A DNA stretch of 63,971 nt, counting the filler, from Licmophora abbreviata (taxonomy: Eukaryota): assembly GCA_900291995.1 (NCBI GenBank). It is 11 parts of 11 records of this genome, joined end to end, with 100 filler letters (N's around TTAATTAATTAA, not from the genome) between each part and the next. Parts side by side here need not be neighbours in the genome. Positions count along the whole stretch, not along the records: positions 1 to 20,835 come from OLMU01004474.1; 10 more parts are not named here. The stretch is one strand, 5' to 3'. Under the pieces are notes generated by a model. That model was not told the DNA's origin. It ran no database searches and worked only from the letters and a program-made list of their open reading frames with translations. Of the stretch, positions 1 through 13,211 are shown piece after piece. The position numbers and the translations under genes were made by a program. Each line of letters starts with the position of its first letter. The stretch's first letter is position 1.

Positions 1-183
1 GAGTATGATGGCGCGTCTACATACTATGAAGATGGAATGACACAGTATTACGATGGTGTGTCTCAATATCACGACGGAATGACACAGTATGATGACGGGT
101 TGACGCAGAAAGGATCATCACACCACCAGCTGTCTAGACATTCTGGCAATGGCGTGGGATCACTGTATCCGAGCAAGCACTAG
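1..183 (+). CDS. 3' end of an unknown protein with short heptad repeats (partial)
   Basis: Frame 1 is open from base 1 to TAG at 181-183: EYDGASTYYEDGMTQYYDGVSQYHDGMTQYDDGLTQKGSSHHQ...; 21-nt periodicity. Confidence 0.5.
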   Translation, partial: EYDGASTYYEDGMTQYYDGVSQYHDGMTQYDDGLTQKGSSHHQLSRHSGNGVGSLYPSKH

Positions 184-270
184 TACTAGTACGAGTAGAG
201 CAGGGCGTTACATGCATGTGCTAAGTTCACTGTTCAGATCCTAACTACATTTTTGTGGGTGCAAAAATAT

Positions 271-1003
271 CTACTTTCCTGATGACAAGGTGCCTTCCCG
301 CTTCTCCTCGTCCTCCTCGGCACTTCCAACGCTGACTTGTGCAGGCGACAGAGCTCTCTCAGAAGGTATATAGACCTCGTCTGGCACAACGGTTCCCTCC
401 TCCCATATGGACTTTAAGACGGGTTCTGTCATGGACATATCTTCATCTTCTTCATAGATTGTTTCGTCGTCAAAGATGAAAGAAATTTCGTCACCATGGG
501 GTTCCGAGATATCGTCCGTCGGGGGCAGGTTATCGAAAAAATACTCGGAGTAATTTATTGTTGCTGGCGAAGGTGATGCGCTTCCTGTTCTCCGTTGATC
601 CTCGTCTTCGTCTGAGGTCACAGCCTCACTTATAGACCAGTCAGATCCAAGCTGCTTTGTTAGAAGATGACGCTCTTCCAACTCTTGGGGGGACGGGGAA
701 GTATGGGTAGGGACTTATGATGTACGCACAACAGTCGCCGCTCTCAGAGTTTTTCTGGGTAGACAAACCATCCTCCTCCATCTTGCTCGTTTCCTCAAGA
801 GATATTTGACTGGGAACGGAAAGGTCCGTAGAGGGAGAGGGCAAGAGGGAAATATTGGGTTCGCCATATTGCAAAGCGGCGTTTGACTTCACTGGTGGCG
901 GTTGGTATTGTGAGAATGGCTTCTCGCACGGCCAAGGAAGTTCAGATTCTATCGGCTTGAACAGATTCTGCCCTGAAAGATGTGTGCCACTATCCTGATT
1001 CAT
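271..1003 (-). CDS. Hypothetical acidic Ser/Pro/Glu-rich protein (two overlapping ORFs, 641-1003 and 271-681, possibly one gene)
   Basis: Both ORFs have similar low-complexity composition; no clean intron joining them was found and no family motif is recognisable. Confidence 0.35.
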
Positions 1004-1814
1004 AATAGCGACGTACGACCAGATCTGGAAGACTTAAATGGGAGCTGAATGAAGAAATGCAGGCCAAATAATGCAGGAGACGTGTGAAACTCAGGTTTTC
1101 GGTGTTTGTGGTGTCCCGTTTGGCGGGTGCCAATTTGTGAGCGTCTACTTTTGAGAGCAGCTCATTCACCTAACTTCCTCAGATCTGTATGCATCATTGG
1201 CGAGTATAAACGGCCTACGTGGGTTCATATCTAATTATAGATATCTACTTTCTATCGTTCTTCAATGTGTCCAAGGGATGATACAACGCAGTAGTAGTGT
1301 CGCTTACATAAACTACCATGATGTCGTATCGTCTCACTCACTCGCTAAGAGCAATGTGCGCTAGAGAGTGCTTTAGTTGAGAGCTCACAGGCGACTCCGA
1401 TCCGTTGTGAGCCACATCGCTTTATCTTTTGTATCAAGCTAGCTTACACTAAAATGCATAGTAAATTCAATTAAAAAGTTCGGAAACGTATATTATATTT
1501 TCCCTTGTCAAAATCTTTCTGTGGAGCGTTGGAAGTTTGCGGGATCGATCTTATTGAGCTACATCTCAAATGACGTTTTGAATACACTTTTACTCGGAGT
1601 CGTATCTCCAATATACTTTTTCTGTGTTATAGGCTGTCCAGCAATTATCCATGTTCTCTACTGAAACTTCTTCAGACTAATACCCGGTACATACCATACG
1701 GCTCACCTTCGTACGTATGTCTCGGTACGATATGAAATATACGGAACCTTCTTCTCGCTTATCAGTCGCACTTTGGCTCTCCCGGCATCTTCGCGATCAC
1801 AAGAAGAAAGAAAC

Positions 1815-3773
1815 ATGGCGGAAGTCCACGAAGAACGTTACATTCCGCCTCGGCACAAGCTTGATCAACTGAGTATTGTCAAGGACTACGCGGCTGTGCC
1901 CCGCCTTGACTATCGGTGAGTGTTCATCGTCTTTCGGGCTTCCTGGTCGAGTTCCACTTATCCAGTTGACTGGGTACAAGTTCTACGTGGATCTACAGAA
2001 TTATCTCGAAGATCCAAAGCCGCGGGTCGGCCTGTTTTTTTCGAAGGCGTGCATTTCCTGAAACCACTACTTTCGCCGCAGACTTCTCTTTTCGTATCGT
2101 CAACTCTCCTTCTGGCGAGTTTCTATAATGCATTGCTGCGATTTCGTTTGTAAAGCGACGGAAGCGGCCCCCCATCGTGGGGGGCGCGGCGTTGGCGATC
2201 CGTATCTTCGTGAGGAGTTCGTCCACTACGAACTCCATACACTACTAAAGGATGAATACTTTTGTATATAAGCAGTTGCTTGTTTCGAAAAACACTAAAA
2301 AAACACGCTTGCTCATGCCATTGACTTTTTACCCTCTCTTCTCTTTTCGATAGTACGATTGCTGGTGTGAACGGTCCCCTTGTCATTCTTGACAATGTCA
2401 AGCTGCCGAAATATGCCGAAATCGTCAATTTGACTCTTGGAGATGGCACTCAGCGCTCTGGGCAGGTCCTTGAAGTCGCTGGGTCTCGCGCCGTCGTGCA
2501 AGTCTTCGAGGGAACTGCGGGTATTGACAACCGCAAGACTCGCTGTGAGTTTACGGGCGATGTGCTGAAGATGGGAGTTTCAGAGGAGATGCTTGGTCGC
2601 TCGTTCAACGGTTCCGGAAAGGTCATCGATTCGGCACCCAAGGTTCTAGCCGAGGCTTATCTGGACATCAACGGACAGCCCATTAACCCTTCATCCCGTG
2701 ACTACCCGAAGGCTATGATCCAGACTGGTATCTCGGCTATTGATGTGATGAATTCCATTGCTCGTGGACAGAAGATTCCTATCTTCAGTGCCGCTGGCCT
2801 TCCCCATAACGAGGTCGCTGCCCAGATTGCTCGTCAAGCATCGCTTGTGCAACAGAAGGACACGGTCGATGGGCATGAGGAGAACTTTGCCATTGTTTTC
2901 GGTGCTATGGGTGTGAACATGGAGACCGCTCGTTTCTTCAGGTCTGATTTCGAAGAGAGTGGTGCTATGCAGCGTACAGCACTGTTCCTTAATCTTGCCA
3001 ATGATCCTACCATTGAGCGTATCATTACACCTCGTTTGGCTCTCACCACTGCTGAGTACCTTGCCTACGAGCGTGATTTGCACGTTTTGGTTATCCTCAC
3101 CGACATGTCGTCATACGCGGATGCCCTGCGTGAGGTGTCTGCTGCTCGTGAGGAGGTTCCCGGTCGTCGTGGTTACCCCGGTTATATGTACACGGATCTC
3201 TCGACCATTTACGAGCGCGCCGGTCGTGTCGTGGGACGCAATGGTTCTATTACCCAGCTTCCCATTCTTACAATGCCGAACGATGATATTACTCACCCTA
3301 TTCCCGATCTTACGGGATATATTACGGAGGGACAGATCTATCTCGACCGTCAGCTACACACGAAGGGTATTTTCCCACCGATCAACGTGTTGCCTTCTCT
3401 TTCGCGTCTCATGAAGTCCGCTATCGGTGAGGGTATGACTCGAGCGGATCATGGGTCTGTGTCGAACCAGCTCTACGCTTCTTATGCTATGGGTAAGGAT
3501 GTTATGGCCATGAAGGCTGTCGTCGGAGAGGAGGCTCTCTCCATTGAGGATCACTTGTACCTCAGTTTCCTCGAACGCTTCGAGGGCAAGTTTGTGTCTC
3601 AAGGTCCGTACCAGGCCCGCTCCATTTTCGAGTCCCTCGACCTTGCTTGGGGTATTCTTCGTGCTTTCCCCAAGGAGCTGCTCAAGAAGATTCCGAAGAA
3701 GACATTGGATATGTACTACGCTCGTCGTCGCGAGGCTGCCGAAGACTTGAATAAGGCCGATGGTTCCGCATAA
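1815..3773 (+). CDS. VHA-B: V-type H+-ATPase subunit B (exons 1815-1915 and 2354-3773, about 506 aa)
   Basis: Exon 1 MAEVHEERY...VPRLDYR splices via GTGAG...TAG to [12 protein letters not shown]. Motifs [60 protein letters not shown]. Confidence 0.98.
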
Positions 3774-4156
3774 GAAACCGTAGTGTGCTGTTCACATTCG
3801 GAAATTGGCAGTTCGCGCTTATTATATTATGATTTTTGATGGGTAAATGAGTAGAGGATGACTTTGGACATCAGTCATTGTACTTAGCTTGTGATGCATA
3901 CCGAATCCTGTACCTGGTAGGGCGAGAGGGGGTGTCTCATCAGGCGGCGAGCTCCGTTCGAGTGCATAGATCAATCTACCTGGTACAAGTTGCGCGCGTT
4001 GCGCGCATCCTGGCAATCCATGTGATCCACCCTTGACCCCTATTGACACAAGCTCGCTTCAGTATCCACAGGTCTTCGCAAGCGGTTGCTGCTTGGAATA
4101 GAACAGATAAGGCGAGGGCTTGTTGGACACTGTCAAGTGCTGTTGCTCCAGAGAGA

Positions 4157-5356
4157 ATGAAGGTTCAGCTGTCGCTGGTGGCTATTGCCGCCTTGCTCGG
4201 ATCCGTTCATGCGTTTGCTCCGCCCGTGCCTGTGACCCAGCACGGTTTGGCAGCTGGGAACAGAGTACAGGTAGCGCTGACCGCTAAAGCAGGCGGACCC
4301 AAGAAGAAAAAGCGTCGAAGACGAAAAGAACCCCCTACTGAAAGCAAAGTGATGGAAGCGACAGGACCTGCTGTCGAACCGACAATCGGCGTCGCGGACA
4401 CGGAGAAGCCTACGCAGGAAGATCTTTCGGTTCTTGCAGACGTCGCTAGCTTCAAATTCGAAAGCGACGACGCAATCACGTTGGGTAAGGGAAGGCAAGC
4501 TTGGCTAAATTTGTTTGATTTGGTTCGCTTTTGAAACTCACTCTCCCATCGCCACGTCGTATCCTTCACAGGCATCCAAGACGACGAGCAACCCGAGCAG
4601 CAGGGACAGAACGACGTGTTGGTGCTCCCAGATATAAAGGATCAGCTCAAGAAGAAACAGATGGAACAGGAACTCGCTCTGATGGAAGAAGAAAAGAAGA
4701 CTAACATCAAGAAGATCAAACGAAGTGATACGGCTGCGTTCACAAAGGCAAGTCCTCAAGCCCGTATTCATCTCCCTGCCATAGCCACAGTCTGACCTTG
4801 CGTGTCTTCAATTGCTACCATAGCTTCTGGAGTCGCAACCTTTCGCAGATGCAGATGATTCGTTCTTCGAGGAAGAAGAATATGGGACTGTCAGCGCGTT
4901 ATTGGGCGAACGTAGCAAGCCATTTCTTGGCATTCCGTCCGGTTTCTTGCAAGTGGGACATTTCATCGGTGCATTGGGCATTGTCTTGATGGCATTCGTC
5001 CAATACCCTGGTTTTCCACTGACAAATTTGCCGACGCCACTCCGAGAAAGCTTCCAAGGAGGTGAGAGTAGGGTTGGAATGTGGAAATTGCGTTTTACAC
5101 ACGTCGTGTCTCTCATCCGACCATTCTTGTCGTCACTATTATAGGTTTAGCGACAATTTACGCTATCAATGCTGTCCTAGCAGTGATCTCAACATTCAAA
5201 GCTGGCGAGAGGGGCCAGTCCAAGACCCTTTGGGCGATAAAGACATTTTCGGTTGGGGGACTTGCGTTGGACCAGCTAACGCAGTTACCAACATTGGAGC
5301 AAGTCGAGCAAGCGAAGTCTGTAAAAGGCAAACGCGCCCTGAGCAAGAAGAAGTAA
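4157..5356 (+). CDS. Plastid-targeted membrane protein of unknown function (exons 4157-4484, 4572-4747, 4824-5061, 5145-5356)
   Basis: Signal peptide MKVQLSLVAIAALLGSVHA|FAP (ASAFAP-like). Exons join in frame using three introns, the second GC-AG. C-terminal hydrophobic segments. Confidence 0.75.
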
Positions 5357-5765
5357 TCCTGTATTTTTTGGTTTTAGCTAGTCTCAAGCGCAAAGTACTC
5401 TAGCGCTGATCAATAGCAGCGAACGGTTTGTGTATGTACCAGGTACGATACAAGACTAAGGACGGCCGTACTTCAGGTCTACCCATACGTATCATACCCT
5501 TCTGCAATGGGTCATGGGTCTGGTGTTGAAGTTGCTTGACGCGCGCCGACGCGCCTCTAGACACTCCAGCGAGCACAGTCGAGCCGATCCATCCGTCGAC
5601 GCACGGCGTCGCCGTTCCACACTGTTTTGTTCTTCTCAGTTTGATCTTTCTGCTGTACGTTGATCTTCTTGGGGCTGCCCTTGTCGCTCTATCCGTCTGA
5701 AGATTACTTAGGATTTCTGCGATCTTTCGAAAATGGCACGCAACAGTCGGCCAGAGAGGCCCAGT

Positions 5766-8507
5766 ATGAGACGGTCTCGCTTGGCCATTGGTTTCAGCTG
5801 CGCGGCGGCGACGGCTGTGCATGTTGTCGGACTTCAGCTCCAGGACCTAGCCATTTCACGCCCTTCACGGCATCAGCGACGGCAGCATGGTTTCGAAGCT
5901 CCATCTTTGTTACCGAAGAAAGTCTCGCTGTGTGCAAGTAGACTTACTGATGGAGAGCGGGAGGTTTGGACCGACGATACTCTGACGGACGTCCCCGGAA
6001 GCTCCGCCCGATCGTACAGGACAACAGATGAGCTGAACTCAGAGATACGGCAGCTTTGTAAGCGTGAAAATACAGAACAGGCGTTGAAAGTGCTCTTGGA
6101 AGTGGAGAATCTTATGGCGGAGGATAGCGCTGACTGTGTCAAGGTAGATCAAGCTTCCTATGTTCTTCTAATGAACGGATTTTCAGACGATGCCTCGCAA
6201 GGTGCGGCAGAAGCCGAGAAGTTACTGCGACATATGGAAACCGTGTCGCATGAGCATCCATGCTGCACCCCGCAAAGTCAAGCATACAGCGCGGTGATAC
6301 TTGCGTGGTCCAAGTCGACGCGAAACGACTCTGCTCGGAAGGCAGACGCCTTATTGACGGAGCTCTGGTCGCGCTATAACGCTACCGATGACAGAGCCTA
6401 TCTTCCAACTAGGGCTACCTATATATCTACCATAACTGCATGGGCCCGAAGTGGTATGAAAAGGAGGGCTGCGGAACGCGCAGAGGAGCTGCTGGAGGAA
6501 ATGGAAGCGCACCGGACACGGCATCCTCGGCTGAGTCCGAACGCTGCCTGCGTCAACACTGTACTGTGAGTGCTCATTTGGACCATCAATATGACCGCAG
6601 AGTCCTTAATGTTGCATATTAATCTAATGACTGCATTGTCTCCTTACCTCACCAGTAATGCTTGGAGCAAGAGCAGAGACAGACTTGCTGCTGATCGTTG
6701 TGAAGCAATACTGCAGCGAATGGAAAACCTGGCTCGTCGAGGACGGCATGAGGTCCGGCCGAGCACAATAAGCTTTAATACTGCAATCGATACGATCGCT
6801 CGTAGCGAACAGCGCGATGCGCCCCGACGAGCTGAAGAGATGCTGAAACGGATGGATGAGTTGAGTCGAGGGGAAGAGGATGCCACGTTTCCATGCAAGC
6901 CTGATACGCTCTCTTTCAATGTAGTAATCAATAGCTGGGCCAAGGTACGCGTCACACCTCTTGTCATCTGTCAATGTCACTATCAGTTTCTCACATCATC
7001 TTTGCTCTCAAAGAGTCGGGAGCCCGCGGCTGCCCGTCGAGCGGAGGCCATTCTTCGACACATGGAACGACAACATGAGTCGGGAGAAACTCATGTTCAG
7101 CCGGATGCAGCCACATACAACAGTGTCATTCACGGTAAGGCAAGAAAAAATGATTGGGTTTCATATTGTTGTTATGATTGTGGACTGAATGGTTTGGCTA
7201 TCCCAACTTAACAGCATGGTCTCGGAGCAAGGAGGAGGATGCCCCAGTCAGAGCCGCCACGGTAATGAAGCGCATGGAAAGCTCCTTCGCGAACGGCAAT
7301 AAAAGGGCTCGTCCGGATGTGAACTCTTACAATTCAATGATAAATGGTACGCATTCACAGCACAAGTCTGCCTATTCTTTGTTCACACGTCCTCACACTT
7401 AAGCGCTCTCTCGTCTGGCAGTCTGGGCCAAATCGAAACATCCCGATGCTGGCGAGCGGGCCCAAGAAATCCTCAACCAAATGAAGAGGATCAACGCGCA
7501 GGAGGATGGTCGAAGCTGTCGCCCCGATATCTTCACATATACCTCCACTATTGACTGCTTAGCAAAGTCAGGGTCAGACAAAGCAGCTGAGCAGGCGATT
7601 GCACTGCTCGCGGAATTAGAAATGGAATACGAAACGAGTCGAGAAACTTGCATTCAGCCAAACGTCCGAACTTATACATCGGTAAGATGGATCAAATTTT
7701 GCCGCGTGTCTTGCAATCGTCTACCACGCGTGCTCAAGCGTTGCTTTTTGTTTGTGGCAGGCAATCAATGCGATAGCGCGAAGCAGAAAGCACCCAGAAC
7801 GTGCCGCAGCAATCCTTGATCGACTCGAGCGCCAGGCTGAGACCGGAGAAACTGGGGTACGCCCCGACGCTGTGTGCTACAATGCTGTCATCAACGCCTT
7901 TGGCTGGTCTAACGAGAAGGGCAAGGCGGTTCGATCTCAGGAAGTGTTTACGAACATGCTGGACCAGTACAAGTCTGGAAACCTGGATGCCAAGCCAGAC
8001 ATTGTTACTTGCAACTCGATCCTAAACGCTTGTGCATTTGACCCATCGGAGAACGAAACGGATCGAGCACGTACCACGACGATTGCCGTGCAAACTTTGG
8101 AAGCCTTTCAAGCACAGGCGCCGACGTACGGCTGGCCCAACCACAGCACCTACGGAAACATGCTTCTTGCTATAGCTCGCCAAATGCCTATGACAACGAA
8201 AAGACTAGAGCTGGCGGAGGCCACGTTCTACCAATGCTGCCAGGCAGGCCATGTCAGCTCTCTCGTTGTCTCTCAGCTTCGAAACGCAGTTGACAGCGAG
8301 CGACTTAAGGCCATTCTGGGCTCCGCTCTAATTGCGAACGACAGCGCCGGCTTTCGGTATGATATGAACAAAGTGCCTTACGAGTGGAGGAAATACGCTC
8401 CACAGCCCAAGGAACGCGTGCATCGCAAGCGAAGAAACGACGCTTCTAGTGGCAGCGGACCGTCGCGGCAAAATCCTGGTAGACGCCACAAACGAGCAAG
8501 TTCATAG
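5766..8507 (+). CDS. Pentatricopeptide-repeat (PPR) protein, multi-exon, probably organelle-targeted
   Basis: Repeated units such as PDTLSFNVVINSWAK, PDAATYNSVIHAWSRS, PDVNSYNSMIN, PDIFTYTSTIDCLAKS, PDAVCYNAVINAFG. Several ~70-90 nt GT-AG introns (first 6566-6655). Confidence 0.92.
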
Positions 8508-9409
8508 TCAGACAGACCCCTAGAATGACTACAAGGCAGTGGAGCACAATGAGAACATGCGAAAAGTACAATTAGCTTCAAGAAGAGAAGGTTCTAGTAA
8601 GACTAGCCAGCAAGCTCGCAGTGTCAACCACATTTACGGGTAATTCTCGTAATGGTACTTGTAGATCTACCTTGTCAAATGTACCGGGTGTACTTCCCCC
8701 ACGTCATGGTGCAGGAGTCTACACTACATCCAGTGATTGCGTTTGGGTAGGACGAGTGGGGCTCCGCTCCTCCTTAGAAGTAATATAAGCGACCGACCAA
8801 CTTTGCCGGTACCAGGAAATGGTAATTATGTTAATACCCGTACCTGGTACACAATACTACAATACAAATGTACGGTATGTGACAGGAACAGTACCGGTAC
8901 TATACCGGTACCTAACTCTGAAATGAACACCACTTCGCCTGGCGCGATTGATTGATTGATTCCAGCTGTAAAAGTATCATACGAGGTACGAAGTATTTTA
9001 AAATATAATCGTCGTCTTGAGACAAAGGGTGCTCGACTGACTCTCGTTTCAAATATCATTTTTTTCTTCGAGCTTGAAATTTTTACAATACGAATTATGC
9101 TATACAAGACAGAAGATAATGTGAATGATCCCATCGCACGTGCTCGTTGCAAAAAAGGAGGGAAAACCTCTAGACAAAATGGACAACATACTTTTTTGTG
9201 GAGTGGTTGCTGGTCGCCCTTCCCACCCCTCACAGTGGGTCGAATCGGGAAGTTTCGGACGGCAAGTTGAAAGACGAGCACAAGAAAGTACTGTTTCTAG
9301 TTACAGAAGGAAGACTCAGGGGTCCTTCAGGGTTTGAGGATAGAGAAACTCAGCCTAGAGAAAAAGAGATCGCAACGTCAGAAAAAAGGAACGAGAAGTT
9401 GCTCAAATC

Positions 9410-10958
9410 ATGACAGCCCTGGCCGACGCAGCCGCTGCTACAGCGGCGGTTCTCTCTTTTCACTGCATCATTTGCTTTGATGAGTTCAACTTGTCGGATC
9501 GTCCCCCTGTGGTTCTCCCCTGTGGCCACACGTACGTGTGCGAGTCTTGCGCGAAACGTCTCACGAAGTGCATGGAATGCCGGACACCCTTGTTCTTGAC
9601 ACCACCTCAGGGCCCTGAACCCCCGGCCGCAGGGACGAGGCAGGCCCCAACACGCTATGGCCGCTATCAAACCCCGTCCTCGCCAACCCGTGCACCACCG
9701 AAAGTTGCACCAATCCCCCTACCGCTACCGAAAAATGTGGTGCTGTTGGCAATGATCGAGGCTGCCGAGAGACAGGCCATATCGGTCAGGCGACAGGAGG
9801 ACGAAGTTTCCGATGATGACGAGAAGAATCGAATCGTGTCTGGAGTCGAGACCTTGTCGGGCTCATGTGGAACTTACGCAGTGGCGGATCGAGAGGGACT
9901 CGCGGTGCTCGCTGTAGATCCTCGGCGTCGAATGAAGAAGGTCGCTGCAGTGAGTTCGAAGGAACCGTTTGCTGTCGAACGGGGTCAGATGGTGCAGGTG
10001 GTCGACTTCTCTGATGGGGTGGCTGTTCTAGCAAGAGATATGGGCTTTATTGTTGCGGTAGAAAATCAGCTTGTCAAAGGTAAGCGTCATTTTGAATGGT
10101 TCAATTTCGTGTTTTTTCGAGTTTGTTCTGAGAGCCTCACCCGCAATGTTTTCTCTCTTCGCGCCAGTGGGAGGGCCATTGGAGACAGCGTGTCAACTTC
10201 AGGGAACATTGGACATGATTGCCTACCGTAAGAAAGCTCTAGAACGTAATATGCGGGAGCTGGAAGGGCAGTCTGAAGAGCTGGAGAAGCGCATCGAAGC
10301 CGAGCTAATGAAGGAACCGTCACACCCGATCATCACCCCACCCCCTCTGCTCAATCGCAGAGAGCCAGATTCGACTCTGTCGACACCCCCCAGGGCAACA
10401 GACTCTACATTTCCAGTTCAATCCCCTCCGGAGATCAGAGTGACCCCTTCGTATGACGTGGACGGAGTCGAACTCGTAGAAGAGGCTCGCGAAGATCCGT
10501 TGTCCCCCCACACAATCGACAATTCGGACCTAAGTCTGTATGTCGACGAAAATACTCATCGTCCTCTGTCAGACGAGATGGTGCCAGATAGTATTGAGCT
10601 GGGATGTTCTGCTTTATTTGGAGCCCAGTTTACGGAGGCCGATAGTTTAATGGGATGGTCGTTTGAGAGTGGAGCGGGGAGTCCCGGCCGTGATCGGACC
10701 TCTCCAGGTTCCATTAGAGACGCCGGGACGTCGAGGCAGCAGGGACGATCCTCCACCTCACCTGCGAGCACCTCGTTTGAAACGGTCAACTTCCGCACGG
10801 GCATGAGTGGGCATCGTGGGCTATCGAGGGCACAAAGGCAAACAGATCCTCGGACTTCAACCTCGACTCGTCAGGTCCGAATGATGGGCGACCACAGGGG
10901 CGTAGCCAAAATGCGCGGGCCAGGGAAGAAACTCGGACCCCGAAATGCGAACTCATAG
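9410..10958 (+). CDS. RING-finger protein, putative E3 ligase (intron ~10080-10167)
   Basis: CIICFDEF...PVVLPCGHTYVCESC...CMECR RING motif, coiled-coil segment, C-terminal VNFRTGMSGH motif. Confidence 0.85.
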
Positions 10959-11389
10959 TATCTAATTTTAAAATGAAAGGGTAAGATGATATGATGTGTG
11001 CATGTGTGCAAAGGGTACGGTACCTAGAGCATGGTAGTTCGTGTTGTAGTCGAATGCAAACTTCGTACCTTGTGCAAAGAACGACAATCTTCGAAACGCA
11101 TCAACACAGATTAGGGTTAAAGGTGCAGGGTGGCACCCGTTCTTTGATGTTTGATTTTGCATTTTGCAATGATTGTTTAACATTTAAGTTGATTTTTGAT
11201 ATGAGTAATACAAGATCTCTGAGATCCTCAGTTTTGGTGGGAAAATTTATAATTTCCTCATCAACGTATATACTAATTTTGTCGCACCTTGACTACAACT
11301 CGCCGAATTTGGCGTTTACACGACTGCTTGAGATGGATTGATATGATACTCGCTGCACCTCAACATGAAGAATTGGGTATTCGTTCCCT

Positions 11390-11421
11390 AATCAATCAAT
11401 CAATCAATTAATCAATCAATC
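11390..11421. repeat. (ATCA)n microsatellite
   Basis: aatcaatcaatcaatcaattaatcaatcaatc upstream of the second RING gene. Confidence 0.8.
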
Positions 11422-11506
11422 GAGTGCTGTACTGCTGATGACTTGAGAAGTCCTGGAAGGCAAGGGGGACAGCACTTTTCATACTCGTCGATCTCATTGC
11501 GCCAAG

Positions 11507-13211
11507 ATGACAGATCATGCCAGCATTCCCTTTTCTCTACATTGCACAATCTGCTACGAAGCTTTTGATCCTGTGGACAGGCCTCCGGTGATCCTTCCGT
11601 GTGGACACACGTACCTATGTTCCTGCTGTGCGAAGCGGCTCAAAACGTGCATGGAATGCCGTACTCCGCTGTTCACGTATCCACCGAGGAGCCCTACCTC
11701 GGCTTCTCCTCCTTCTTCTGCTCATTCGCCCGGTTTCCGCCCATCACGTCGACATAGTCCGCGCTCCAGGGGGTCACCAGTCACCACTGTAGCGGCTTCA
11801 GAACCTGTGCCTCTTCCGACACCGAGGAACCTGGTACTGATTTCGCTGCTAGAATCGGCAAAACGGACAGTGGGACTCCCCGAGGAAGCTTCAGAGAAGG
11901 GGTACGAGAGTGGGGATGACGACGAACAAGTGCTGGAAGGGATGAGGCTCATTGCAAGCGACTATGGGACCTATGTTGTTAAGGAAACCGATGGTCTTGT
12001 CATTTATGACGAACCTCCCGATCTAATTTCATCTACTGCTGACAAGGAGAACCGAGACAGGGACTTTATTAGTCTTACCAGATCTGAATCCAGAGATGAA
12101 GACGATATAGAGATACAGATGCTGCCTACTTCCGAAACGGATAATAGGAGTACCTCTTCCCCTGGAAACAAGAGGCCACCCTCTATATTTTGCAGACCTT
12201 CAATTCCAATACAACACGACACTAGCCAGATGAGACTATGCTATGGCCAGACAGCCCAGGTAGTCAGTTTTGAGAACGGGATTGCTCAATTGGCGAGAGG
12301 GCGTGGCTACCTAGTTGCAGCAGAGAACCAGCTCGTAAAGAGTAAGTCAAAACAGGGGGCAGCAGGAAAGAAGCGTGTCTAATGTCGCGAGGCCTAACCG
12401 TTTTGGCTCTCTCCCTCCGCTGCCCACTCCAGTCGGCGATTCAAAGGACGAAGCATGTACATACGAGGGAATGCTCTCGCATCTTACTCAGCAGAAGCAG
12501 GCATTGCTGAGAAAGGTTGCCGCCATTGAGCAATCAGAGTTGGAAATGTCACATCATCTTCGTCAGGCGCTGGAACTGGAAGAAATTGAGCCCTTTGCCA
12601 TGGCGCCTGGTGTCGACTACCTGGTAGATGAAGTCCCCGGAACGCCTCCGCCCCAGTCAGCTCTCGATTTTTCTGACTCGTCTCGAGATGCTACACCGAC
12701 CAGACAGAACGCATCTCCTGGTCATTTCCCGAACGAAGTGATGGACATTCCCAGCTTCCCCGAGCTCGGTGCCACCGAGTTTGATGATTTTGTCCTGTCC
12801 GTCACGACAGCAGCGCGAGAACGGGAAGTTCACATTCAAGAAGCTGAACCGGGAATGCTGACATGCACGGATATTCTACCGGCGTTTCTGGGCGATGATG
12901 AACTCTGCGGTCCGCACGCCTTCCCGAATCACACCGATCACCGGCGTGTGACAACCGCGGAGAGCGTAATGAACCATGCAGCACCAGAGACAAACATCGA
13001 CCGGATCGACTTTGCTCATGGCGTTGACTTTCGTACAGGTCGGAGCGGGCATATGGCGCTTACCAGTGCATCGTCTCACGCAGATCGCAGAGTGATTCAG
13101 TCGTACCGTCCTAGACTAATGAGCCAGACAAACGGCATCTCTCGAACTCGGAAAATACGATCAAGGAACGGGAATGACTCCCCTCACAGTCTAAGCAATC
13201 CTACTTGGTAG
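11507..13211 (+). CDS. RING-finger protein, tandem paralogue of 9410-10958 (intron ~12342-12432)
   Basis: CTICYEAF...PVILPCGHTYLCSCC...CMECR; intron at the same position (after ENQLVK); C-terminal VDFRTGRSGH motif. Confidence 0.85.
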
